Assembly: GCF_009914755.1 (NCBI RefSeq)
Contig: NC_060930.1
DNA: 64,000 nt
Direction: 5' to 3' (one strand)
Source: the human T2T-CHM13v2.0 reference genome, Homo sapiens
This document shows, in pieces, positions 42,094 to 62,765 of this stretch. Numbering within the stretch: the stretch's first letter is position 1; every line of letters starts with the position of its first letter. Position numbers and translations under genes: made by a program. A model generated the notes under the pieces. The model made no database searches, had not been told where the DNA came from, and worked only from the letters and a program-made list of their open reading frames with translations.

Positions 42094-43780
42094 TTCACTG
42101 ACACGGGTGCAGCCCGTTTCCACTGGCCCCAGTGCACCCTTAGAGATGCAGAGTCCCGTGAAGTTGAACTTGATGTCATAGAGTTAAGATTGATTTCCTG
42201 ATTTTTTAAATTTGATAGCCACAAAATTCTGCCTATTGTTTTACTTCCTGGCCTGGCTCTAATGTGAAATGTCCTGTTTTGATTTCATGCCTCCAAGTTA
42301 GAGCGGTAGTCTGTTGTCCATGGGTTGTTAGGTTTGGTGACATTTTGGCATTGGCCCAAGGTTTGCATTCATTTCCTCTAGATGCCACGATTTAAACCAT
42401 GGCTGTTGGAATTCCAGTGTTAGGGAAGCTGGGAAGTGAACGTGAACCCATTGGAAAGAATTTGGACGTGTGTGCAGCTGGAGCTGCTCTGCCCCTTTGC
42501 CCTGGTCCTCGGGCCCCGGGTCATGGCTTGTAGCATGTGCAACAGTAGCATCAGATGGGCCTTACTCGATGAGAAGACTTGGTTTATAGTTTAACTGCTG
42601 CATCAGTGGCTGGAAAAAGATACTGGCCAGGCCTGCAAGAAGCAGCTCTGGCTGTAAACCTCTTGCTACTTTCCCTTGTTTGTAATACTTGAGTTCTGTC
42701 AGCCTGTTAGTTTGGATGAGTTTTATTTGCGGGGAGGAGCAAATGCGCAGTTTCTTGAGATCATAAAGTACCATGGAGGGAGAAAGTACTGCTTCCGAAG
42801 TCCAAGCTTGGAGCAGGCATCTTTCTCTCTTGGCTTCTATGTGCTGTTATCGGTTCTATTGTATAAACTTGTTTGTTCATATCAAGACTTATTTTTAAAG
42901 GAAGTAATGAAATTGGAAAGACTGAAATAGTTTTCAAAACGTCTGAACTTTTATGAATGAGGATGCAAACACAGTAGTAGGATAAAGTACCGTGAAGTGG
43001 GCCCCAGGCATTTGTTTACAGTGAAGGCAGGCTGGTGTTTCTTTCCTGTCAATGTGAAAGGCACTTGCGAAGCACCCAGATGGTGGTCATGTCATTGTTA
43101 TTCGTATGCTGGAGGTTGCCACATGAGAAGTGGTCAAAAAAGTTTATTGGATACAGATTTGAGGGGATAGTTAACCTATACAAGAGGACACATTTGTGAG
43201 CATTTTAGAAGCATTAGTTTGCTTAAAAATTGTGTCTAATAATTATAATGCAATTTCTAATTAATGAAGCAAACTCTTAATAACTTCTACCTGCAATACT
43301 TTATTTGCTTATGAGGGGAAGAGTAAGTACTTAAAAGCATATGTTGCAGTATTTTTAGAGTAACGTTTGAAAATTCAGGCACATTTAGTTTCACTTTTCT
43401 CCCTTAGTCTAAGTAATGTTTTCTATTAGTTTCACTTTTCTCCCTTAGCCTAAGTAATGTTTTCTATTACTGTGAGATAAAAGGAAATACTAAAAATTAA
43501 GTTATTTTACATGGCATTTGGAGAACAAACCGGGTACTTTCTCATAAATGGCAAAGTCCCCTAGGTATGTTCAGTTTCTTGTTCCCATTGATGGTCAACG
43601 GAGTGAGTGAGTGTGGGATTTTCTGTGGCCTCTTACATTGAGATTCCCTAAATAATGTGGTGTTGTGCTTAAGGATGAGGGCTTTGGGGCCAGAGGGCCT
43701 GAGTTCACATCCCTGCTGCTCCACAGTGCAGCGGTGGGACCCCTGCAAGGAATTCGATCTCTCAGTTTTCTCATTTTTAG

Positions 43781-44227
43781 TGTGAAAGGAAAATAAAACC
43801 TGGGGACCCCAATTCCTGATGCCAGAAGGAAAAAAAAAACAAGCCGAAAGCTGAGTCATGCAAGAAGCTGCCTTTCCTTTTCTTTCTAAGCAGGAGCTAC
43901 AGATAAAAGGTTAAATATCCCCACAGGTAGCTAGCTACTCTGTGTTCACCTTATCTTATGTAAAGTGCTGGATGATTACGTGATTGACAGTTCCCCTGCC
44001 TGCTCCTTTTCCCTTGCAGCAGGTGGGTTACCATGCTCTCCCTCGTTCCTCTCCAGCCCACTTTTAATTTTTAAACACTGAAGCCCTCAACATCGTCTTT
44101 GGAGAAAAGCACAGACCACAGACTATTTCTGTGATTCTGTGTTCTCTTCCTCCGGGCATGTCCACAACTTTGGCAAAATAAACTTCTCAATGGATCGAGA
44201 CCAGTCCTAGATACTTTTTGGGTCACA
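43781..44227 (+). mobile_element. ERV1-class solo LTR (MER4-like) inserted in a MIR
   Basis: TGTGAAAGGAAAATAAA...TCACA ends, AATAAA at 44177-44182, imperfect 4-bp TSD ttag/gtag. MIR halves rejoin across it. Confidence 0.8.
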
Positions 44228-44558
44228 GTAGAATGGGCTAAATAACCCTGCCCACCTTAGGGCCTCTATGGGGATTAAATAAGCCAGTGCATGTGGAGTA
44301 CTTAGAAGAGTTAAGCAACAACTTATTATTTGGTATTGTTATTACTGATATTACATTTACAAAGACATCTCATTTTCATTCAAGTTCATTCTGATACAAC
44401 TAGGTGTACTTCAGATGCCACTTTTCCTTGTTTACCATGTTTCTGTCACATGATTGTCTCACTCAGGTGTTTTTAAAAAAGTGTGTCACTTACCCTCCCA
44501 GTCCTTTCCTGCATCTCCAGGTCTGACCGGGATGTTATTTTGCTTCTCTGTTTCACAG

Positions 44559-44731
44559 GATGCACGCTGCTGTTTTATGAGACCTATGGGAAGAATTCCA
44601 TGGATCAGAGCAGTGCCCCTCGGTGTGCTCTGTTTGCAGAAGACAGCATAGTGCAGTCTGTTCCAGAGCATCCCAAGAAAGAAAATGTGTTCTGCCTCAG
44701 CAACTCCTTTGGAGATGTCTACCTTTTCCAG
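44559..44731 (+). CDS. TIAM2: TIAM2 coding exon 3 (G-CTLLFYE...GDVYLFQ), PH domain core
   Basis: Acceptor ttctctgtttcacAG|GA completes the split Gly codon; donor CAG|GTACTG; 173 nt restores phase 0. Confidence 0.95.
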
Positions 44732-45289
44732 GTACTGCTGGTACTTTGTAAGTGGAGGTAATAGCTTATGTACTGCTAGAATAAGAAGGAACAGAAAAGG
44801 CAAAACTTGGAAATGAAATTGAATAAATACTTAGTTAGGCTTTGGATTTGGCCTTAAGCAACAGATGTTGGCTTCCGCTGACTGCCAAGGGCACTGGGCC
44901 ATCAGCAATCCAGTCATTCATCCAGAGGGCACTTTTCAGGTGCCTCTGAAGTCCCAGGCTGTGGCCCATGAGATGCTCATTGGGACACAAAGAGAAAAAA
45001 ATCATGATCCCTGTCCTGGAGTAGCTGGCGATCTAGTGAGCGCAATGGTCAAGATTCCCAGATTTGGGGCTTTTAAAATGAAGCTTGGAGAATATTGATG
45101 GGAGAGGCTTGGGTTCTTGCCACGGATCTCAGTGGATGTCAAAAGTTTTCAGGAAAACCCTCATAGACAAATGCTATGAGGTCTCATTTCCCTGTGGAAG
45201 TGGTCTTAGGATCTTAAGATTCAGGTTATCTACTGTTAGAATTTTCAGTGACTTTTTAGCCAGTGAGATGTTGTAGAACATGGCGGTAC

Positions 45290-45490
45290 TGAGCCATCGG
45301 TATTGGGGTCGGGCTTAGGTTTGAATCCTGGCACCTTTGTTAGCGTTGAGTTTGTAAGTGATCTTGGAGCGCGTACCAGACTTCTCTGAGCTTTGGGCCC
45401 TTCAACCAGTAGGATAATAGTGGCTTACATGATTGCCGTAAGAGTAAATGACATCGTGTGTGTGTTAAATGCTTAATAAATTTTAACTTG
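45290..45490. mobile_element. MIR
   Basis: ggtttgaatcctggcacc...gtgatcttgg...cttctctgagc. Confidence 0.65.
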
Positions 45491-46066
45491 GTGATTAATA
45501 TTAATTCAGAACAGGTGAGAGTGAGAGCTGGGAAGTGAAGTGTGCTTCTTAAATGTCCCCCATCTAAACCCAGCACTTGACATACACACAGTGTTGGCCG
45601 TAGGTTACATCTGACTGGAAGTTTCATGGAAAGCCTCGTAAAGCTTGGGTTTAGATCTCTCATAAGGATGGTCCTGGGTGCCCTCAGAAGCCCTGCAGAG
45701 CAACAGTGTTCTCTAGGCTGACTTTGGGAGTCTAGAATGCTCAGAAGTGCTCCCTCACTTACCCAGTGCTGGGTTAAGCTCCCTGGGCCTTTAATTGTAC
45801 TGCCATTCCCAACCTGACTTAACTTACTAGAGCCAGGGCCTGAGATTTGATTTTCCTTTTCTTAACAGAAAGGTTGCTTAAAACCTTCTATGATACTTTA
45901 AAGCAAAGTAATGAATTTATGTTAGTCTGAATTGTAAGGAAGGTAAAAAAACAAACAACAACAACAAAAAGTTACATTAAATCTGCATGGATTTCTTAGG
46001 GTCAAGTGTGAAATGAATGTTTTATTTTGTGATTCAGGTAAAACATCCTTAGTTTTGAGAGTTTTC

Positions 46067-47738
<1,672 letters not shown>

Positions 47739-48063
47739 AAGCATCCTTTTAGAGAGTGGCGTAATGTATCATGAGTGTGTCTCCCCTGTTGTTCTTATCA
47801 CTCCTGTGTTGTTGGCTAGCACTCGTTTCTGGTTTTAGTTCCTGTCCTAGTCAGAGCTCCATGATGCTTTCTGCTCTGCTCCTAATGTTCTCTGAGTCCC
47901 TCTGAACCTGAGTTGAATGGTTGAATGTGTTTTTGAAATTAAGCAGCTTGTATGCAGTGCAAGTACTTCTTGGGTTTTGTACATCTAAGCCCAGCCTGCC
48001 ATTTTGGAGAGCACTTTAGTGGTAAAATGATTCGAAACAGGCTTTCTCCCTCCCTGTGTGTAG

Positions 48064-48288
48064 GCCACCAGCCAGACAGATCTAGAAAACTGGGTCACTG
48101 CTGTACACTCTGCTTGTGCATCCCTTTTTGCAAAGAAGCATGGGAAAGAGGACACGCTGCGGCTGCTGAAGAACCAGACCAAAAACCTGCTTCAGAAGAT
48201 AGACATGGACAGCAAGATGAAGAAGATGGCAGAGCTGCAGCTGTCCGTGGTGAGCGACCCAAAGAACAGGAAAGCCATAGAGAACCAG
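48064..48288 (+). CDS. TIAM2: TIAM2 coding exon 4 (ATSQTDLENWVTAVHSAC...KNRKAIENQ), PH C-terminal helix and coiled coil
   Basis: Acceptor ctccctccctgtgtgtAG|GCC; donor CAG|GTACTG; 225 nt, open in a frame not shown in the ORF track. Contains the conserved PH helix Trp (LENW). Confidence 0.95.
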
Positions 48289-48924
48289 GTACTGTTTGTC
48301 TACACCTGAGTTTTCTTCCATTGCTCATGTCACTTGTGCAGTGACTGAACGCATGCTGTCATCTTGGTGGTATTTCTTGGCTCACATCTTGGTGGTATTT
48401 CTTACACCCTGGGGGAAATAATTTCTGTGGTTTTTCATTTTAGGTACCTAATGTTTGCCATTTTGTGACATGGGTGATATGATATGCTTTATGACCTTTG
48501 GCGGCTCTATGTATATACTGAAATATTTTGTGACCCAAACTTAATTCCTAATTTGAATAGTGCCTTCTGGCCTTGATGATTCACTCATATATTGTCATTT
48601 TCTGAACAAAATCCATACAATAAAACCACTAGAAGATTAGACAGGTAAGATTCTAATACAATAGCTTTGGAAAACGTGGTTTGGTGTAACAGCTGTTTCT
48701 GTGTCTATGGATTGCAAAAAAACAGTAATTTTTCTGGTTATAACAGAGAAGCACGTAACGAAATGCTTTCTTTTCTCTGCTGCGGTTCCATATTCATATA
48801 ATAAATGGCTGCTTCCTATGGCATTTGCATTTTAGAGAAGGGAAAACAGTTTGAAAATTTTTATTTCCCTTTGCTCAGACAACCTAAACACTTAGACAAG
48901 TGTTAGTGGAATTTCGAGCATCCC

Positions 48925-49281
48925 TATCTTAGTCAGGTTTCCTAGGAGACAGACTTTGATAGTGATTTAGATGTAAAAAGTTTTACTGGGAATGCTCTCA
49001 GGGACAACGCCAGCCTGGAGTGAGGGAGCAGGATCTGGGAGGGACAAGTTGCATTGTGATGCAGCTTGTCCCACAGCGAGCTGTGGAGCTGGGAGGGCCA
49101 TTCAGAGCTCTGCATGGAGGCAGGGTGGCCGGCCTTCGTCCCCTCAGGCCAGCAGGGCAAGGCAGCTCCCCTCAATAGAGGTGAGTTACCACGAGGGGAT
49201 CTGTGTGTGATCTGGGAAAAGGAAAGCAATGCCTCTGTCTTGAAGGGGGAATCCGGGTGATTCACTATAGAATCCACTACA
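48925..49281 (-). mobile_element. Old ERVL-class solo LTR (LTR33-like)
   Basis: tatcttagtcagg...atccactaca ends; minus strand begins tgtagtggat...cccggattcccccttcaagac. Confidence 0.6.
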
Positions 49282-49512
49282 GCCCCCTCCAAAACCAGTT
49301 GTCAAATGACCTGGGAACTTGAATGAGGAATGGGATGAAGATAGATAGTGAGCAGGTTCTTGCATTTTTCTTCCTTTAGTTACTTGTTAAGTTATTACAG
49401 AGAAACCAGTTTCTTTAGGAAAAAAAATTTCATGGTAACACAACAATTTAGACATAGTGTGACTTATTAGAAAGGAATTTTACATGTGGTGTTTTATTTA
49501 AATTGCAAATTA

Positions 49513-49890
<378 letters not shown>

Positions 49891-50562
49891 TCAGCATGAG
49901 TAGGAAAAAATTTCTGTCTAAAAATAGGAAACTGATTAAAGGCATGCATTCAATGATACACCGAGAATTTGGAATAATGTATCAATTGGCAATAGCAAAA
50001 TAACCAAATAATTCCGACCTCTGCCCCTCATTAATCTTCTCACTCTATCTACCTTTGCTTCTCCTTTTCTCATATCTCATGTTGCCTTTCTCCCATCTCA
50101 GCTCTTTCCCTCCTGCTTATTTTCCCATCTGCAAATACTGGTGTACCTAATAGATGCACCTGGCTTAAAGAAATAAAAATAATTGTAAAATATGGACCCC
50201 GTTTCTAAGAAATTATAATTTAGTTAGAGAGCAAGCCTTATGAACATGAAACTAAAGGTCATTCTAAAATGATCGAAGTTAGGTGACAGCTGGTATAGTC
50301 ATCAAATATTATGGGAGATCAGAGGGTTGAGGTTGTACTGTGATCTTGAGGAAATGAAGACTTCCTGGAAGAATATGGTGTTAAAAAGTTGTTAAGAGGT
50401 GTGAAGGATTTCCAGGCTGGAAGGGTGTTGGGCGAGCATGGAGAGACAATTGGAAGTGACTGAGTGGTGGCTTGGGGCTCTGGAGCACACTGGAGTCAAA
50501 GGTTTGGGAAGTGACAAGAGTTGGCAGTTAGGTTGGATAGGCAATGAAGCTTTTTCAGTCTG

Positions 50563-51497
50563 TGTCTTAGTCTGGAACAAAATACTGTAAAGCGGGTGGC
50601 TTATAAACAAGAGCAATTTATTTCTCAGAGTTCTGAAGGCTGAGAAGTCCAAGATCAAGATGCCGGCAGATTCAGTGTCTGGTGAGGCCCTGCTTTCTGG
50701 TTTCTAGAAGCATCTTCTTAACTGTATTCTAGCATGACATGAGGAGCGAGGGATCTTTCCGGGCCGCGTTTTATAAGGCCATCCATCCTATTCACGAGGG
50801 CTCACCATTATGACTGTCGTGCGCAGTGGATTAAGCAGTGAAGGATGAAAGACACCGTAACTTAATGCTTGAATCACACAGTTTGTTGGCACGCAAACAG
50901 TTCTTAACAGATATTGGTATTTTATCCCCATTCACGCTACACACAACTCTTGTTTTTCACCCTGTTAGGAACAAGTCGGGGATCTTACATGAATAGGCAC
51001 AGGATTGGTCACAGAAGTCCTCAGGCATCTGGGAATAGCTTCCCCTGGTATCAAGGCTGGAATGTTGAGGCTGAAGCATTCAGTCAAGGAGATGGCAAGC
51101 CTGACTCCGGGTCCCTTTCTGAGTGGCAGCATCTCATCCTCACGAGTCTGTGTCTCAGCAGAGCAGGTCGAGCTGCCTGAGGGCTTCTCTTTTTATAGTC
51201 CCTGTTTGGGGATCCACCTGTGTCTGGTTATCTTGAAGGTTGGTGCGCCCTAGCATGTGATGTCGTCTCAAATTGGAATATCCCAATGCAGTTGGTCTAA
51301 ACAGATTTGGGCATTCTGGCAGACATCTGCACTTACAAACTAACTGTGATAACATATTTACACTATACCCATAAATTGCACTCCAAACAATGACCTAATC
51401 ATTGCCCCTTTTAAAAAGGCCCCACTTCCTAATACCATCACCTAAAGCATTAAGATTTCAACGTACATATTTCGGAGGGACACATTCAGCCCATAGT
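50563..51497 (-). mobile_element. MaLR LTR (MLT1/MST-like) split by a nested LTR
   Basis: tgtcttagtc, gaagtccaagatcaagatgccggcagattc; resumes at atgacctaatc...aataccatcac...cacattcagcccatag. Confidence 0.8.
50815..51389 (-). mobile_element. Nested 575-bp solo LTR, family not identified
   Basis: TG...CA termini with a perfect 5-bp TSD ATGAC (50810-50814 and 51390-51394). Strand inferred from a degenerate polyA-signal region. Confidence 0.75.
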
Positions 51498-51781
51498 GGT
51501 CTTGTATGCAAGGCTCAGATGGTAAGGTTTATTTTATACTCTGCTTTCAGGTGGGGGGATACAGGTTTTTAAGCTGAGGACAAAGCATGATGACTGTAGT
51601 GTCTTTGGAAGATTAATCAGGCAGCAGCTTGGAGGACAGAGTGGGGCAAAAGGTGTCAGGCAGTGGAGTGGCACTGTGCTGGGTGTATAGATACAAGGGC
51701 CTGGTCCCAAGTGACACAAGTTCAACAGTTTACATGGAAAATGTATAACAGGGTGCATAATTTTCTGTAATTCTATAGAAT

Positions 51782-57090
<5,309 letters not shown>

Positions 57091-57393
57091 TGTGGAAGCA
57101 CCTCTGTCTCGTCTGTCCAGGGATGCTGTCCTCTGTACTGCAGGAAACAGAGTTCTTCTCTGAGTCAGCCACCACCCCACTTCCCAGTGTTCCAGGCCTT
57201 CCTGCTTCACCCCCGTCTAACAGAACGCCTCCTTTTGCCCTGCCTTGTTCTCATGCTCCCCTTCCTTGTTTTATCAGAGCCTCTGCCTTAGGCCACTATC
57301 ATATGTGATTTCACAATAACTCTGCAAGGTAAAGATGTAGATATAGCACCCGTTTGTTGGATGAGTAAATAGACCCTTAGGAGAAGTATATTT

Positions 57394-57618
<225 letters not shown>

Positions 57619-59896
57619 ACCAAGAAGTGCATTTGCTAATGTCACACAGCTGGTAAGTGGTAGAGCTGGGATTTGGACACAAATCTTTGCTCCTAATTCA
57701 TAGGCGCTACTGCTCCGTAAGACTTGGGTAAATCAGATGGTGCTTTGCTTGCTAACTAAACCAGGTGATGAATTGTTTTGTGTGGAATAGAATCCTTGAT
57801 TTACTTGTTTTTATAACTTGGATTTTTCAGGTCGATTTGATGGGAATTACATTGATTATAAAACTGAGTGAATTTTTGGGTATGGGAATTATATCTCAAA
57901 GGAAAACAGAACAAAACCGAATCTCTCTACTTTAGCTGGTTGTTCTAAATACTGTTAAACTTGAGTGTCATCTATGTCACTAGCTGGTTCTTCTGTGAAG
58001 ATAGGTTTTAGTATTTGGAAAGCATGGAACGGGAGTTTTTCAGCTTCTTACACCAAGAAAGAAACATGAATTATCTTATGGGACAAACCTAGTAATAGGC
58101 AAATGACTACTGCGATTAAATGACTAAATGGCAGAAAATATTTTTCTAGGACTGCTGGGTGTGGCAGGAATGTACTTGTCATCTTTTAAAAAAAAATCAT
58201 TATTCATTTGTTATTTTTAGCATTAGGCTTCATCCCTCTCCCTCCCACTTTACTACAGGAGACCATAACCTTTCTGAGTTCATTAAATCAGTAAAGCTGT
58301 GTTAGCAATAAAGAGGAAAATTTTGCATTGAATTTGTGCCAATGTTTAAAAATGGGAGTGTTCCCCTGTAATTTTGTTATTAGTAACTTCCTTTCACAAT
58401 GAAAGATAATGAAAACCTTCTCAGAGTGAGTTTTTTTCAGTCTTGTCTTTTTTATGTTTTGAGCATGGGCATTAAAAGAAACAAAAGCTCAATCTATATA
58501 GAAGTTATGTTTTTTACTTTTTTTTTTTTGACAGGGTCTCACTCTGTTGCCCAGGCTGGAGTGTGCAGTGGCCCTGTCTCGGCTCACTGCAGCCTCAACC
58601 TCCTGGGCTCAAGCTATCCTCCCACCTCTGCCTCCCACATAGATGGGGCTACAGGTGTGCACCAACCACACCTGGCTGAGTTTTGTGTTTTTTTATAGAG
58701 ACGGGGTTTCACCACGTTGACCAGGCTGCAAGTGTTTTTTTTTTTTCTTTTTATATCATATCTTGATGTTTATCTTTAAATAATAAGGAAACATCTAGAA
58801 ACTTATCAGTATTTAAAGAATTTAGGAAAAGGGGGTGGGATGTCTTGGATTAAAAGGAACTGATTTTAGGCATTCTAGTTTTTGATGTTAGAAAAAAATA
58901 TCTCCAGAAACACCTTGATAAATGTGGTCAGGTAATACATTACTATTTTGGTGATTATTATCATTGAACTGTACTGAATCTCTAAACTAACATACATAAT
59001 AGCTAAAAGATTGTCTTTTTTTCCTTTACCCTTTAAAATATGTATCTTTGTCTTTCTTTTATGTCACCTTCTGAAGAATTGTTATAAAATGTTTTTCTTT
59101 CAAGTTAACATTACTTTAAATTTGGGCTGGCTTTGAATGTCAAGGCTGGTAGGATATTGAAATGTAAAGTGTTCAATATGAATAGGGCCACTGAGTGAGA
59201 GTGTGGTAGTCTTACCTCCTTCTCTGTAGAATACCTGGGGGTATATGGGCAGACATAAAGTGGACAGGTAAAAATGTAAATGAAAGTTGCTAAGGTCACT
59301 ATGAGGATAGTGCACAGGTATCTTCCTATGAGTCAGAAGACCTGGGAATCAGGGGCCCCGTTATAGCTACTTGAGAGGGTCCCTGTCCCCTACATGTTGT
59401 TCACATCAGAATCGGCTTTGGGTCTGCTAGTCCGGTAGGGTGAGCTTTTTACATGACTGGTCAAATTGCTTCTCTTCTGGACTTAAGTCTCAACTGCTGA
59501 GAAATGAAGGTATGGTAATACCAAGTCCCTTGCAATTTCATTGTGAATGTTAACAGCCTTTCTAAATACTATAAGGTCTGTTGTGAGCCTTTGGGTCCAG
59601 CACTTGTACCTCTTCTTCCCTCTAAGGAACCCGAGCTTCTGAATCAGGGGCCTCACCGTACTTTTACTTGAATACTCTTTCAAGTTCCTCTCTACAACTT
59701 TGCTGAGTCTGTGGAAAGAAAAGTCAAATATTTCATATTGATTATTTAACCACAGATCTTCATTTAAGCTCTGGAACTGATTCTTTCTATAAAGAACCAT
59801 GACCTTAAAAATAAGATGACTATGATCTTTCAATATGGAATAGATACGTGAGTAAAGATGGCTTACTCTGCCACAAAGATCTATAGGGATGAAGGC

Positions 59897-60492
59897 TGTA
59901 TATAAGTCAGGGGTCTCCAGAGAAACAGAAACAGTAGGATGTGTGTATACCTGAAGAGGTGTGTGTGTATGTGTTTGTGTAGGGAGAGAATGAGAGAAAT
60001 TTATTATAAGAAATAGGCTCATGCAGTTATGGAGAAGAGCAAGTCCCAAGATCTGCAGGGTAAGTCAGTAAGCTGGAGACCTGGGAGAGACAATGGTATA
60101 GTTCCAGTCTGAGTCTAAGGCATGAGAATGAAGACAGCTGACGGTGTAGTTCTAGGCTGAAGACTGGTAGGCTCAAGATTGAGGAAGAGCCCATGTTTTG
60201 TTCAAGTCCAAAGCCAAGGGGGAAAAAAAGCCAGTGTCCCAGTTTGAAGGCTGTCAGGCAGGAGGAGTTCTCTCTTACTTGAGGGGGTGTCAGCCTTTTT
60301 GTCCTCTTCAGGTGGTCAACAGATTGGATGAGGCCCACCCACATTAGGGAAGGCAATCCGCATTACTCAGTCTACCCATTTAAATGTTAATATCTCCCAG
60401 AACATCCTTGGAGACACACCCAGAATAATGTTTGACTAAATACCTGGTCACCCCGTGGCCCAATCAAGTTGGTACATAATATTAACCATTAC
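59897..60492 (-). mobile_element. ERVL solo LTR (MLT2-like)
   Basis: ggtctccagagaaacagaa, gattggatgaggcccacccacatta, cagaataatgtttgac, attaaccat terminal motifs. Confidence 0.85.
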
Positions 60493-61303
60493 GCGGGTGG
60501 ATCGCTTTGAACTCAGGAGTTTGAGACCAGCCTGGGCAACATAGTAAAACCCTGTCTCTACAAAAAAAATGCAAAAATTAGCCAAGCATGGTGGCATGCA
60601 CTTGTGGTCTTGAGAGGCTGAGTTGGGAGGATCACTTGAGCGCAGGAAGCAGAGGTTGCAGTGAGCCAACAATGTACCACTGCATCCCCAGCTGGGGTAT
60701 CAGAGTGAGACCATGTCTCAAAACAAAAACAAAAACAAACAAACAAACAAAAAATCACTCCAGTCAGGATAAGGTTAAGAAGGATAAGGAACATTGTTGA
60801 AATAGAGAAGTCATAAGGTTACTTTTCCTTTGCATTTTCTACTAAATTAAATTTTAAATGAACTTTACAGTGTACAGTTTATTGAGATACTGGTTGTCTT
60901 GAAACTTAATAAGATACAATCAAGACAACAAACGTCTTGATTTTTATAAGGTCTCCTTTGGGCTATTGGGGTGTCCCAGCCCTGTTGACTTTCCAACAAA
61001 CCTAAGCATCTGGGTCCATGTTCTCCCTCTGAATTCACCTGTATTTTGTCCCAAGATTTGGGTGGAGAGGTCTATGAGTGCTGAAGATTATTAAAGTGTT
61101 TCTGATAAAACTTTATGATTCCCTGTGTATCCCTGTGTGCTCATTCCCGATCTGAGCCGGGGTATCGGGTCTCACTCTGATAACCCCAGCTGGGGATGCA
61201 GTGGCACATTGTTGGCTCACTGCAACCTCTGCTTCCTGTGCTCAAGTGATCCTCCCAACTCAGCCTCTCAAGACCACAAGTGCATGCCACCATGCTTGGC
61301 TAA

Positions 61304-62302
<999 letters not shown>

Positions 62303-62589
62303 TAAATGAGTGTGATAAACTTTAATGCATTATCCAATCTAGAAATATCTACATATTATTAGAAGACAAAGGAATCCATCTATAATTGTGGACTTTCAGG
62401 AATCATCTGGAGAGAAGATGTTTGGGAAACAGAACTGAGATGATAGTTTTTACTGAACCTTAAGTAAGGTGTCAGTTTGTGCCCATCCATCACTCTGAAA
62501 TCTGGAATTCTCTAATATGGCAGGACCAGGAAGAGACTTGCAGTTTCAATTTGAACTGTCTTGTTAGCGTAGAACAGGAGTCATCAGTA

Positions 62590-62765
62590 ATAAGGCCATG
62601 CACCAGAATCCCAGAAGGTGCTCATGAAATGTAAACTTTCCTAGGCCTCAGACCTAATGGATAAAATCTTCAGGCGTAGGACCTGGGCATCTGCATTTTT
62701 AAAAGCCAACAGGTCATTCTGTCCATTCAAGGCTGATACCAGTAGGCCACCACGTTGCTAATAGG
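62590..62765. mobile_element. MER5-like DNA transposon fragment
   Basis: gcaccagaatc...cctgggcatctgcatttttaaaagc...ggtcattctg. Confidence 0.6.

Noticed and set aside
47952-48344. 130-aa ORF over exon 4
   Set aside because: Wrong frame; the true TIAM2 frame starts at 48064 (ATSQTD...).
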